A stretch of DNA of 64,000 nt from Octopus vulgaris (Eukaryota): assembly GCA_951406725.2 (NCBI GenBank), contig OX597816.1:57598001-57662000 (forward strand), given 5' to 3'. Of this stretch, positions 13,230 to 25,635 are shown piece after piece; within the stretch, counting starts at the first letter, position 1, and each line of letters starts with the position of its first letter. The notes beneath the pieces were generated by a model, which saw only the letters and a program-made list of their open reading frames with translations, was not told the DNA's origin and did no database searches. The translations under genes and the position numbers were made by a program.

Positions 13230-13590
13230 CTGGAGGCTTTCCCTGTCTTCATATCCTTAATTGTTTAATCTACCAAGATACTGTCAATTCAGATAGCTGG
13301 TCCCTCAGTTGGGTTAACATTTGGCAGGCTCTCCTTCTCCAATTCATTCCTTACATTTAGCAGCCTTTCATAATGGTGTTTCCAAGCCTCTTTCTTTGCA
13401 GAATCATTAAATGCAAGTGAACTATCATCCATACGCAGAAACATTTCTTACCTATGACATCCCAGTCTCTCACACACTGACTTGCAATCGGAAACATTTC
13501 AAGTCTCTAGTCTTCATGTCGCAGAACATTGACAAGCTTTTTTTTCTGCTACTTCCCTGGCTAAATATATCTGCCTCCTAACTTCCCTTC
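13230..13590 (-). mobile_element. Decayed RTE LINE internal ORF fragment
   Basis: Minus-strand KKEAWKHHYERLLNV resembles the RTE EN-RT linker W..Y.E.LLN motif. Confidence 0.5.
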
Positions 13591-13673
13591 TGACTATACA
13601 AACACACACACACACACATAAAACAAGTAAAAAATAATGGTCATTACATATTTTTCCTTTATTAGAGTAAATT

Positions 13674-13802
13674 TGGCTTACAGCTGTTTCCTGTGGTCAT
13701 TACAGGTACATTACTGATAGGTTTACTCAATTGGTCTATTGATCAATTGAGGCAAGTTGAACGAACTAAGAAAATTAATGCGACTTTCTTTCATCAGAGC
13801 CA
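13674..13802 (-). ncRNA. Hammerhead-like motif with a 100-nt domain in place of stem II
   Basis: Minus strand UGGCU-CUGAUGA-[100 nt]-GAAA-CAGCUG-UA-AGCCA. Confidence 0.55.
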
Positions 13803-14241
13803 TTTCTGGTTATAACAAAACAGAACACTGAAGGAGTGGTGAGTGCCTGGGGGAGGGAGGATGCAAGTAGAAAAAAGGAAAGAAGAAAACAAGTCAGAAA
13901 GAAGTAAGGAAAGGATAGAGGAAGAGGTCACTTAACTGTAGTAGGGGATGACCAGAGCTTGGGAAAAGGACAATCATAAAACATTAGTACTTTTAGTCAG
14001 GCCAACACACTTTAGCATATTAGCATTGTTGTGCCGGAATTTGATAAGGTGCAGAAGTGACTGTGTGGTAAGAAGCTTGTTTCCCAACCACTGATGGAAA
14101 TATGGAACGATGGAAAGATAGAAACAGAGAGAGAGGGGGGTAGAGATCGAGAGAGAAAGAGAGAGAGCTAGAAGAATAGAAATACAGAATTATGGAAGTA
14201 CAGAAAGAGAAAAAAAGAAATGATGAACAGTCCCACTGCAT

Positions 14242-14287
<46 letters not shown>

Positions 14288-14629
14288 AAAAATGGTAAAT
14301 AATTTTCCTGTGGTTTATCATGTAACCAACAATTATTTACCGGTAAATTTCGGTATGTAAATACGACAAATTAAGGTCTTATATATATATATATATGTGA
14401 CAGGCCTCTTTCAATTTCCATCTACAAAATCCACTCACAAAGCTTTGGTCGCCCTGAAGCTATAGTAGAGGACACTTGCCCAAGGTGCCACACAGTGGGA
14501 CTTTCCATCATTTCTCTTTTTCTCTTTCTGTTCTTCCATACTTCTGTATTTCTATTCTTCTACCTCTCTTTCTCTCTCTCTTGATCTCTCCCCCCTCTCT
14601 CTCTGTTTCTCATCGATGAAAATATTGAA

Positions 14630-17600
14630 CCCTTCGTACCTTCCAGATGCCACATAACAATAAAGGCCTATAACCCAAATTTCTTAACAGATACAAAAGT
14701 TAGACTAATATGCCCCAAGAAATCCGATCTATGTAAATTAAGTAAATTAATATTAGATAAATATATCCCTAAAATAAAGAATATAATAGCCCTAGAACTA
14801 TGGTCCAACACCCATGAAGCCTTTAACTGGTTCTCCAAAATACAGAACAAAAATAACTACAAGTTCCTACAGATATAGAGGATTATTACTCATCTATTAA
14901 CCCTACGGTCCTAAATAGTGCTTTTATTTTCACCAAAGATCATACTCAACTAACAATGAATGAAATTAAGGTAATCTTAGAAGTGAGAAAATCCATAATA
15001 AATTTCGATAACAAACTATGTGTAAGGAAAGATACCCTTAATAATTTTGATATCACCATCGGAGCCCCTGATTCAGCACAGGTAACTAACTTAGTAGGTA
15101 TTTACTTATTATCAAATGTACAGGAAGAATGCCCAGAAATCAAGGGTTGTCTCTACAGGGATGGTGCAATATTTATACTGAAAAACATCTCAAATTGAGA
15201 GTAGAACTAATTAAGAAAAAAACTATAGAAGTTTTTAAAACATTTTGGCCTAATTATTACAATAGAAAAGGAACATAATTCTATAAACTACTTAGACGCT
15301 AATTGCAACCTAGCCACAAGACTACATGAACCCTACATAAATCCAAATACAACCCTTAAATATATTCACACATTGAGTAACCATCCTAAGTTTATTAAAA
15401 GAGGACTAGTACAAAGTATCAGCAAAAGAATTTCACGCCTCTCTTCCAACAAAGATATCTTTAATGAGTATAAGGAATTCTACAATAGCGCATTAGAAAA
15501 AGCAGGTTATAAGCAAAAAATTAATTACCTAGACTTAGAACAGTATAGAAATAACCTGAATAACATAAATGCCCAAAACTATTAACAGGAACTACACTCT
15601 AAATGATACTAGCAACCATAACAACATGATGAACAACATTAATAAGATTAACACTAATAATAATAAAAACAATAGGAATAATGATAAGATTCAGACTAAG
15701 ATAAATAACAACATTAAAAATGATAAAGAAAGAAATACCACCAATGAGAAAATTAACAATATTAACAATACTAATATGAATAATAATAAAAATAATGCAC
15801 CTCTAAGAACCAATACAACCCCTGTTAAGAATGATAATACCAAGCAATAGAAATTAACTAAACCATACAGAAATAACCCCAATAAAACTGATAGTAATGA
15901 TAATAAAAGTAACTATAGAAAGAACTATAATAATCATAACCATAACTTTACATTCTACAAGAATACCAAGGACAGTTTCGACACCAAAAATAATAATATT
16001 AAAAATAAATGAAATAACGATAACATCTGGTTAATAATCCCTTTCGCAACACAGCTTAAAACAAACATAGTTCATTCCATAATGAGACTTATAGATAAGC
16101 ACTTGAACTTCAATAGCAAATACTCTGAAATCTTTAAGAATAAATTTAGAGTAGGCCATAGCTTAACTAGCAACCTACCAACTATCATAGCCTCAATCAA
16201 CAATAAAAAGCTAGATGCCTTCAATGAAACTAGGAAAAATAACAGCATAAATCATAACAACCAATCCACGGATATAATAAATATCATCCCTAATAACTCG
16301 TCCTCAAATAACACGGATGACCTTATAAATAATAACCCCACCTCAACACAACACATGCACAGATTAGCTTAATAATGTATGTGGCTGCAGAGATAAAAAC
16401 AATTGTGAATTCTCCAATGTATGTAAAACTAAAAACGTAATCTACCAATGCAATGTACTCGCAAATAATTACAAGAAATCTTATATTGGAGCAACTAAAA
16501 ATGAAATGATACTTAGATACAATTCCCACCGATCTAGTTTCAGAAACAGAAGTAAAGCGAACTCTACCGGACTTAGTAGTCACATTTGGGAATTGAAAGA
16601 CAAAAATATTAACTATAGTTTAGAATGGCGTATCCTAGCCAAAACTTCCTTATATAACATTAACAATAATCGCTGTGAGCTCTGTATAAACTAAAAATTC
16701 TTTATTTTAATGGCCAAATCACTTCTACTTAACAAAAGACATGAGAAAAATAGTTTTTGTTTGCATAAAGTTCAATTCGTATTCTCAAAGTATCAATAAA
16801 CCCTATTTATCCTTTAAATATCGCTAACCCCTATGGTACAGGTTATTAGCGAACCTACTTAACCTCTTATTACCAACCCTCAATCTTCCCATGTACTAAT
16901 TGGCACTACTCAACTTCACTCCAAATTATAAACTAATTGCTGAACTTTATACTTATCTTACATACTACGCTAGGTTACTATTTTCCTATAATTTAATTTC
17001 ATTGGATAGCTAGACTACCGACTCATTTTACAAGCTGTAATCTCCCTATCGATCTTGTTTTCTATGCACTCTTCAACCCTTTCTATTGTTCCTTTACTTA
17101 ACTCATTTACACACATTATTGTACATATTCTAAAAAATAACTTTAGCCTTATACTATGGCTTCCATTGAAAATACAGGAACTAACTTACAAGCTATCAAT
17201 TAGTGTCACATAGGTCCAAATAACTACACCGGATATCCCCAATAGTGATAACTCTCTCAGATTACACCAGTGGTCAACTAGCCATTAGCACCAGATGTTA
17301 ATTGGTGGAATTATGAAACTAAATAATTATAAGACCTTGGATTTAACTAACTCTCTTCTCTTCTATCCTCCAACTGATATATTGAATTATGGACCTCACT
17401 AAAATGTAAGACCATTGAATTAACGAACATTTTACTTCTTTTTTCCTTTTCTCTCCTTACATCTTCTTTCTATTTCCTTCTATTTATTTTTGCCAAATAA
17501 TCGTTCCGATAATGTCTATCAATTGCGACGAGGTAAATTCAAATTTACCCCAGCTTGATATACTGAAACAGCTGTAAGCATATTCTCATCTTAAATTAAA

Positions 17601-17665
17601 TAATGACTTTATAACACCAGCAATCCACTTCTCGCTATTTATTGCTCCATTTCTTATTGTCTTTA
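14630..17665 (+). mobile_element. Penelope-like retroelement, Naiad-type (RT plus C-terminal GIY-YIG), 5'-truncated and inactivated
   Basis: RT: DIEDYYSSI, FDITIGAPDSAQVTNLVGIYLL, CLYRDG, SNHPKFIK..SISKRISRLSSN. EN: CGCRDKNNC..C..VIYQC..SYIGAT..H..SF..TGLSSHIWELKDK..W.IL..CELCIN*K..LLNKRHE..CLHK, stop at 16797-16799. The 3' region ends with an HHR-like motif. Confidence 0.88.
17524..17580 (+). ncRNA. Degenerate hammerhead motif at the 3' end of the Naiad element
   Basis: UGC-GACGA-GGUA..UACU-GAAA-CAGCUG-UA-AGCA; the CU of CUGA is missing. Confidence 0.5.
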
Positions 17666-17669
17666 TATA

Positions 17670-17897
17670 TGTATGTGTGTGTGTGTGTATGTATTTATGT
17701 GTCTTTGTTCTCCACCATTGCTTGACAACTGATGTCGGTGTGATTACATCCCCTTAACTTAGTGGTTCAGCAAAAGCTACTGATAGAATAAGTACTAGGC
17801 TTACAAAGAATAAGTTCTGGGATTGATTTGTTCAACTAAAGGCAGTGTTCCAGCATGGCCACAGTCAAATGACTGAAACAAGTAAAAGAATAAAAGG
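17670..17897 (+). mobile_element. 3' half of CORE-like SINE family B (head at 14048-14090)
   Basis: ttgacaactgatgtcggtgtg..gaataagtactaggcttacaaagaataag..gactgaaacaagtaaaag. Confidence 0.8.
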
Positions 17898-18002
17898 ATG
17901 GTCATCCTAAGACTTTAATATTTGTTGATTGCCAGAGGCAGATCTACAATATTGGGGCCCTGAAGCTTAAAATGTTATAGGAGCCCCTTCTATAACCAGC
18001 AA

Positions 18003-18584
18003 CAGTAGGGTAACATCCAACGAGAGTCAAAGAATTTTCGTGTCCTTGCAAGGAGCTCCAGCCTTGATGCCCTCATAGTCCAAATGGTGGAAGGTTGATG
18101 TGGAGTCCTTAATAAGTCTGACAGTGAGCCCACTTCCCACCAGAAATGAGGTGTGGCTAATCACCGATATCTTTGTCGATGTGGTTGTTCCATGGCAGAA
18201 CATCACAATTTTCTTTACAAATTTAAGCACAACATTTCAGTGTGTGTGTGTATGTATGTATTTATGTGTCTTTGTTCCCCACCATTGCTTGACAACTGAT
18301 GTTGGTGTGTTTACATCCCCTTAACTTAGTGGTTCAGCAAAAGCTACAGTAGGGTAACATCCAACGAGGGTCAAAGAATTTTTGTGCCCTTGCAAGGAGC
18401 TCCAGCCTTGATGCCCTCATAGTCTAAATGGTGGAGAGTTGATGTGGAGTCCTTAATAAGTCTGACAGTGAGCCCGCTTCCCACCAGAAATGAGGTGTGG
18501 CTAATCACTGATATCTTTGTCGATGTGGTTGTTCCATGGCAGAACATCACAATTTTCTTTACAAATTTAAGCACAACATTTCAG
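18003..18584. repeat. Local tandem duplication (~240 bp plus a SINE piece)
   Basis: 18003-18240 is repeated at 18347-18584; 18241-18346 duplicates ~17678-17780. Confidence 0.85.
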
Positions 18585-18766
18585 AGTGTGAATCTCAAAG
18601 TCCCTGGTGTGAACAAATATTTTCCAGGCTATGGCTGATACTTTTACAGATATGGGGCTTAAAAATTAAGGAAGCGTTATATACATCTATGATGCATCAT
18701 AAAATAAAGACATGAAACATAACAAACACCACAGTTAATATAATCTAATATTAATCTTATATTTAA

Positions 18767-18987
18767 CCCTTTAGTGTTCGCATTATTCTGCCAAAATTAA
18801 TGCTTTTTTATCCACATTGTTTTGAACTAATCATGCATTATCTTGTGGCTTTGAGATTTTGATGAGGTAGCTGTTCCTTTTTCAAATGATATTGTAGGGT
18901 TGGTATGAGAGACCAGATCTGGCCAGTTTGCACATAAAACAGGCAGAATACTTTTGGCCGGATATGGCCAGTTTAAATGCTAAAGGG
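18767..18987. mobile_element. piggyBac-type MITE
   Basis: TTAA on both sides; TIR ccctttag / ctaaaggg. Confidence 0.85.
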
Positions 18988-19039
18988 TTAAGATACATTT
19001 GTAAATTGCAAAATACTCTTTTTTCTGGGGGGTTTTTAA

Positions 19040-19720
19040 TAACAATGTGTTCCCTTACAGTTTTATCATATGAGAAAGAAAACATACAGCTACTGTAAGA
19101 TGCCAAAATAGTCAACAACTTCAGGTACAGCAGACACTGCCTTTTTCCAAACAAGGTTGAGTGAATGGCTTGCACATGGTACATAGTCTGCATACCTGTT
19201 AATGTTTTTAAAAAGTGCTTGCAGCCCTTTCTCCAAGCCCTTTATGTTGGAAGTATTATCGTATGACAGACCATTGATATTTTCAAGTGAAAGCTTATGC
19301 TCCTTCAGAAATTGTGTTATTTTGTTGAACAAGGTTGCGAATGAATGTTTTTCTATTGGCAAAAATGCTAAAAATCTCTCACAAGGCTTTCCATTACAAC
19401 AGTATCAAACCACAATTGACCAGCTGGTCAACATGTGTCATGCCAATAATTGAATAGTATTTGATGTCTAGGTTATTGATCTGATTCACCACATTATATT
19501 TCACATGTTTTCCTATAATTTCTATAAATTGTTTATACACAGATTTGAATATGTAAGTAATATTTATTTTTTCATTTCTTCATTTCTCTAAATGTTGATG
19601 TAGAAATGGGTCAAACTTCACAATAAGCTCAATGGCCCCCCATGAAATTTCCATTATCTGGGGAACCCCACTAAACCTCTTTCACTTAAAAACTTTATAA
19701 CTGCTACAACTCTTTTTAGT
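19040..19720 (-). pseudogene. hAT (ZMYM1/Tip100-like) transposase remnant
   Basis: GLSYDNTSNIKG...YVPCASHSLNLV (YD.A..M.G and C..H.LNL motifs); probable element end cagaggcagatct..ggggccc at ~17933. Confidence 0.75.
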
Positions 19721-19774
19721 ACTTCAAAATAGTACAGCATTTTTTTTTTCTTTTTTCAGCTGTGCCGATGAAGA

Positions 19775-20022
19775 GAAATAACCCAGAAATCGCAATACAC
19801 AGATATTGTTTGGAGCTGTGTAGGGTTGCTAGATCCCCTTGTTTGAAAATATAAGGACACAGATCGTGTTGTATAACCAGCTGTAGACGATGTCTCCTGG
19901 GCTAAATTACAGCAACATTTGTCCTAAACTAGGACTGCCAGGTTATGTTGGCAAACAATCTTTACTACAAAGTACTGTTGCTGAATATCTCACGTTGTGA
20001 GATTTAAAAATAGTAATTTTCT
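19775..20022. mobile_element. One arm of the long-TIR MITE family of 5135-5565
   Basis: Reverse complement of 5135-5340 sequence. Confidence 0.75.
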
Positions 20023-20357
20023 AATGAAAGAAATTGTTGTATTACAACTAAGGAAAAGAAAAAAAAAGCTGTTTTTCGAAAAAAGTGTATTTTTATTAAA
20101 AAGATGTTCCTGATCATTTTGAAAACAAAAATCTGAAAAATTCCCATCAAAACAAAGAAATTCCAACTTCGGTGAACGACCTATCATCCCCTGACGTTCG
20201 CCAACTTCAGGGGGCTCAGGGAAAGTCAGGATCAATGTAAGGCGCGTGTAAATGTGTTTGTGTGTGTGCGTGCGCGCGCGCATATATGTGGAGTGTGTGC
20301 GTGTATGTAGACAAGGAATGGATATGTTTGAGTGAACGAAAGGAATGTATGTGTGCT

Positions 20358-20394
<37 letters not shown>

Positions 20395-20717
20395 AACATC
20401 ACCACCGCCATCATCGATACGATTATCAGCAGCGGTATCGGCATCAGCAACGGCATCCTGAAATCAATAAGCCAATGTCAGTAAACGATACACAATTGTT
20501 GTCTAGCTCTATTTCAGGTGGAGGTGGGGTTAACTAATCAAGACCATATGCGTTTACAAGCTTCGAAAAAAATAAAGAAAATACCGTTATTCTAAAAATG
20601 TACCCTGGACTGCTTCATTCACTGTAACTTGTCTCTTCTGAAACGATAGAATGTAATTTGACGCCGGTCAGTACTGACCGACTGGAGCTAGGACTAAAAA
20701 AAGATGTTGTCTACCCG

Positions 20718-20985
20718 CAGGGGTTCTGAACCGGGTCCCACATGACCTTTGGGAGGTCTATATACGATTTTACTGCGATAAATTAAGTTATACTTCCACA
20801 ACACATTGTTTATTTCTACATTTTAATAATTTTTTAAAATACAATTCCTGATATTTAATTCTAAATATATAAATAGGATTTTTTAAACATTGAATGGCTA
20901 GGAGAGTCCATCCAAGTGAAACAAGAATTAAAGGGGTCCAGAGATTAAAAAAACAAAAACAAAGAATTCGTTGAGAACCACTGGT
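20718..20985. mobile_element. hAT-type MITE
   Basis: caggggttctgaacc ... gttgagaaccactg termini. Confidence 0.6.
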
Positions 20986-22129
20986 CTACAGTATGACCTT
21001 TGTGAAAAAAAAAAAAGATAAGGTGCACTTTAAGGAAGGTTTGATTAGAGAGACGGCAAATCTCGCTTCATTCGCATCAAGAAAGGGTGATGAATTAGTC
21101 GAGATGGCGACTAATAATGACAGCGAGAAAAGGCGGGAGGGAGAGGGAGAAAGAGAGATAACAGTTGTAGAATGAGAGAGGTTAAAGTAAGAGAGAGAGT
21201 GTGTGTGTGTGTGTGTGTATGGCGGTGAGAACAAATGTGAGCTTAGACTGTACAACCTAGACTGTAACTCCCCCTCCACTCCAACTGCAACCCTCACTCA
21301 AAACTCCCAAATAACTGACACAAATGAGAGTCGTCATCGTAAGCCAGTTGATTTTACTCTCTTTCTCTCTCACTTTTCATCATTTCTCTTCTCTTTCTCT
21401 CCTCCTCCCATACTTCTATGTTTCTATTCTTCTAGCTCTGTCTCTCTCTCGCTCTCTTTCCATATTTCGATTTCCCTTCCTTTCTTTCTCCCTCCCTCCC
21501 TCCCTTTCATTCTTTCCTTTCTCTTTCCCCTTCTTCCCTATTTCCATCTTTCTAACTTTCTCTTTTACGGCCTTCTGTATATATTTCTATCTTTCTATTT
21601 TTGTTTTCTTTCGTTGTTCTTTCATTTTCTTTTTTTGCCGTTCTAGATCTCCTCTTTCCATTTTCATCTTTCTACTCTATCAATATTTAATAAATCCTCA
21701 TCTTGGACAGTGAATAACAACTATTCTTCATACATTCCGGATAAATTTAAAGACATGTTTAACACTTCTGCGAAAAAAAATCACCACCATCACCACCATC
21801 ACCATCACCACCACCATCATCACTACCATCACTACCATCGCTACTACTACTACCGAGGTCCTCTGTCTACCACTCCCACTATCATCTTCACCACATCCGC
21901 CACTACCAGGGCAGTGTGACTGATGAAAATGGCAGGAATTTGTCGGGTTTTTTTCTCTCTGAAACAATGAAGGCAGATTCCTCCTAATTTTGGTTAGCAC
22001 ATTTGAGTTAGAAACACAAACACATAGTGACAGACAAGGATAGATTAAGTGAACTGGACTAGCCGCCCCAGTCGGTGGAGGTAGCCATTGGCAGCATTTT
22101 TAAAGGTAAAGCATCCTAATTTCTCTCTT

Positions 22130-22172
<43 letters not shown>

Positions 22173-22521
22173 CGTGGTTTTTGACTTCATTGTCTTTCCA
22201 TTCTTCCTCAAACATGTTACCTGGTGTTGTGGCTCCTGGTGTTGTAGGGATCGTCTTGTGGTTGCTGTTGTAGTTGTATCATGGTGCTGTTGTTTGAGAG
22301 AATTACATGTACGCCAAAATTCTTTCAAGGTTATTGTAAAACTGGAAATATCTTGGGATGGAGAAAACTCATCCCAAAATAAACACACATGTATATACAC
22401 ATAAACGCATGCACACATATTATATAACAATCTATATATATATCTATACATATATTTATACACACACACGCTCACTAACATGCATAGATGCATGCCTACA
22501 CACATTACATGTATATAAACG

Positions 22522-22623
22522 AGGTGGAGGTAAAGAATACACACACGCCATCCGTTTTCGGCGTAACAAGAACCCTAACCCGAAACCCTAAACACCGGGT
22601 GTGCGTATTCTTTATCTTCGCCT
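22522..22623. repeat. Small hairpin/MITE with telomere-like loop
   Basis: aggtggaggtaaagaatacacacac / gtgtgcgtattctttatcttcgcct arms; loop contains aaccctaacccgaaacccta. Confidence 0.55.
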
Positions 22624-22804
22624 ATAAACGATATATAGATAGATAGATGGATAAATAGATAGACAGATAGATAGAGAGAGAGAGAGAGAGATAGATAGGC
22701 ATTACATCTGTAGGAATGCCTATATATATATGCAGATCTTGATCGTTAAATGATGACGCTGATATATATATATATATGTGTGTGTGTGTGTATATATATA
22801 TATA

Positions 22805-22835
<31 letters not shown>

Positions 22836-22905
22836 ATAAAATAGATGGATAGATAGATATATAGATAGTTAAATGATGACGATGATACATATATGTATAT
22901 ATATA

Positions 22906-22998
<93 letters not shown>

Positions 22999-23225
22999 TA
23001 CTATATATTAAGAAACATGCACACAGCATACATACACACATGTATATTAAACAATATATATAGGCATCATATCTGTAGGAATGCCAATATGTGTGTGTGT
23101 AGTTTACGTGATAACGCATAAAACTCTCGGACATTGAGTCACGGTTACTTGTTAAATATTTGTTTGTGCGTGTGTATACATACATACATACATACATACA
23201 GGATATATATATATATATACACATA

Positions 23226-23421
23226 CGGGGTTGACCACAAGTCACCCAATGGTATATCAAAATTCCATAAATATTTAATATTCAGTTATGAATGTTCAGT
23301 AATTGAATGTGATGAGTTAAAAATCACCGTTTTATTTATTTAGCGAAGTCTAAAATAATTTTTGTTTTAATCTTGGAATTAAATGGGTTTTAATTTATCA
23401 GGTGACTTTTGGCCAACCCTG
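23226..23421. mobile_element. Tc1/mariner-type MITE
   Basis: TIRs cggggttgaccacaagtcacc / ggtgacttttggccaaccctg in TA context. Confidence 0.7.
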
Positions 23422-23459
23422 ATATATATATATCCATATATATATACACACACACTTTT

Positions 23460-23940
23460 ATTCTTTTATTTGTTTCATTCGAGTGTGGCCATGCTTGAGC
23501 ACCACCTTTAGTCGAACAAATCGACCTCAGGACTTATTCTTTGTAAACCTAGTTTTTATTCTATCGGTCTCTTTTGCGGAGCCACTACGTTACGGGGACG
23601 TGAACACACCAGCATCGGTTGTCAAGCGATGATGGGGGGACAAACACAGATACAAATAACAAGCACAAACACACACACATCCATACACACACACACACAC
23701 ACATCCATACACAACACACACACATCCATCCATACACAACACACACACACATCCATATACACACACACACACATCCATCCATACATACATACACGCGCGC
23801 GCGCTGGCTTCTTTCGGTTTCTGTCTACCAAATCCACTCACAAGGATTTGGTCAGCCCGTGTAGAAGACACTTGCCCAAGTGGGACTGAACCTGGAACGA
23901 TGTGGTTGGGAAACAAGCTTCTTACTACACACCGATTCCT
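23460..23940 (-). mobile_element. CORE-like SINE family B with expanded internal (CA)n
   Basis: cacttgcccaag, tctaccaaatccactcacaagg, gaacct..gtggttgggaaacaagcttct. Confidence 0.85.
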
Positions 23941-24366
23941 AGTGCATATTGTGTGTGTGTGTGTGTGTTACGATTACATATTTGTTTCGTAAGATTCTTG
24001 ATGTGAAATCGTGTGTTGAAGCATTTTTACACTTTTGCCAGTATACATATGCACTGTTTATTTGATCTTTATTGACCTTTATTATTAGTTTTGTGACGAA
24101 TGAACTAATAATAATAAAGCTAAAGTGGAGATAAAATAAATTAGGCGTGTGTTTATTAACGAATTGATTGTCCCCAAATATAATGATATATAAGATTATA
24201 TATTTAAATATACATTATTATTTATATAAATGAAAATATTGGTTAGGTAAAAGTGCTGAATATTGCAATTAATATTCACCTAAAAGGTAACTAGATAAAC
24301 TGTGGTTTATATATATTTTAAAAAGATAAGAAAATAAATAATTATGTATTAATTTAAAAATTAGAC

Positions 24367-24458
24367 ACCATCTCTGACAGCTGTTTCGATTCCAGACCTT
24401 TCATAAATTAATTACCACAATTAAAATCATTTAAAAGTCGAATCTCATCAGAGTTGGC
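24367..24458 (-). ncRNA. Type I hammerhead ribozyme, canonical core
   Basis: Minus strand GCCAACU-CUGAUGA-GAUUC..GAAUC-GAAA-CAGCUG-UC-AGAGAUGGU; palindromic stem III ACAGCUGU; GUC triplet. Confidence 0.78.
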
Positions 24459-24632
24459 TAAATATACAATTAGATGTTCATATTCCTGCTTGTTGCGTGA
24501 ACGGTTCCAAACCGTTAGCATATAAATAATTACGTTTCCGAGTCATTATGTAAACATTAACCTAAAATTCATCTTTCTATTTGTTCTGTATTTCAACGCT
24601 TCAAAAACAAACTTGTTTGTTTACATACGACG

Positions 24633-24732
<100 letters not shown>

Positions 24733-25004
24733 TGAAACACTCCTGTCACAACCTGGGACCTTGAAGACTGCTATAAATGCAAGGAAGTATATTAGTCCCT
24801 TGATATTTTATATTCAACATTTCATCTCTTCAATAAGACAATCAATACTTCATTTCATTTTACTATATATATATATATATTATTTATACTATATATTCTA
24901 TATTCTACATTAATATTATAAAGAATATAAATAAAACATAAAAAAACAGACAGAGTTGGAATTCCTTTGAATATATATCCCTCTATACACAATCATACAA
25001 ACCC

Positions 25005-25063
<59 letters not shown>

Positions 25064-25229
25064 AGATGTACTCGCATAGCATGTGATTTGATCTGAGATC
25101 GTGTGCTGAAACCAAAACAATTGCAGCGTGGAAGGTGTTTGTAAGCCATTTAAGAAACACACAAAAGCCGTTCGATTCACGTCAACAGCCGTTCGATTCA
25201 CTTCGATTCACTTCAACATTTAAGTTTAA

Positions 25230-25279
25230 TTTGTCAAAATATTTTCGTCGCTAAAATCCGCGACCTGTTCACTGACAAA
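25230..25279 (-). ncRNA. Variant minimal hammerhead motif (G3/C8 core), identical inverted copy
   Basis: Exact reverse complement of 25494-25543. Confidence 0.6.
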
Positions 25280-25493
25280 AATCCGTGCTGCATCTGAGAA
25301 AGTAACAGTTAGTTCGTCATATATATGTACGTATGTATGTGTGTATGTATGTATGTGTGTATGCGTGCATGTATGTATGTATGTATGTATGTACGTACAT
25401 TCATACGTACATGTGTGTATGCATACATACACACATACATACGTACATATATATGACGAACTAACTGTTACTTTCTCAGATGCAGCACGGATT

Positions 25494-25543
25494 TTTGTCA
25501 GTGAACAGGTCGCGGATTTTAGCGACGAAAATATTTTGACAAA
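25494..25543 (+). ncRNA. Variant minimal hammerhead motif (G3/C8 core)
   Basis: UUUGUCA-GUGAACA-G-GUCGC ggauuuua GCGAC-GAAA-AUAU-UU-UGACAAA. Confidence 0.6.
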
Positions 25544-25635
25544 TTAAACTTAAATGTTGAAGTGAATCGAAGTGAATCGAACGGCTTTTGTGTGTTTCTT
25601 AAATGGCTTACAAACACCTTCCACGCTGCAATTGT

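Noticed and set aside
14328-14370. Half hammerhead on the minus strand (GAAA-UUUACCGGUAAA-UA)
   Set aside because: Palindromic stem III is present but the CUGANGA half is absent; at most a truncated remnant
16370-16799. Selenocysteine (UGA) recoding in the Naiad GIY-YIG domain
   Set aside because: All conserved Cys positions are TGT/TGC; the internal stop at 16692-16694 is TAA at an expected Glu, i.e. simple decay
21915-21975. CTGATGA...GAAAC hammerhead candidate
   Set aside because: No convincing stem I or II and no valid UH cleavage triplet
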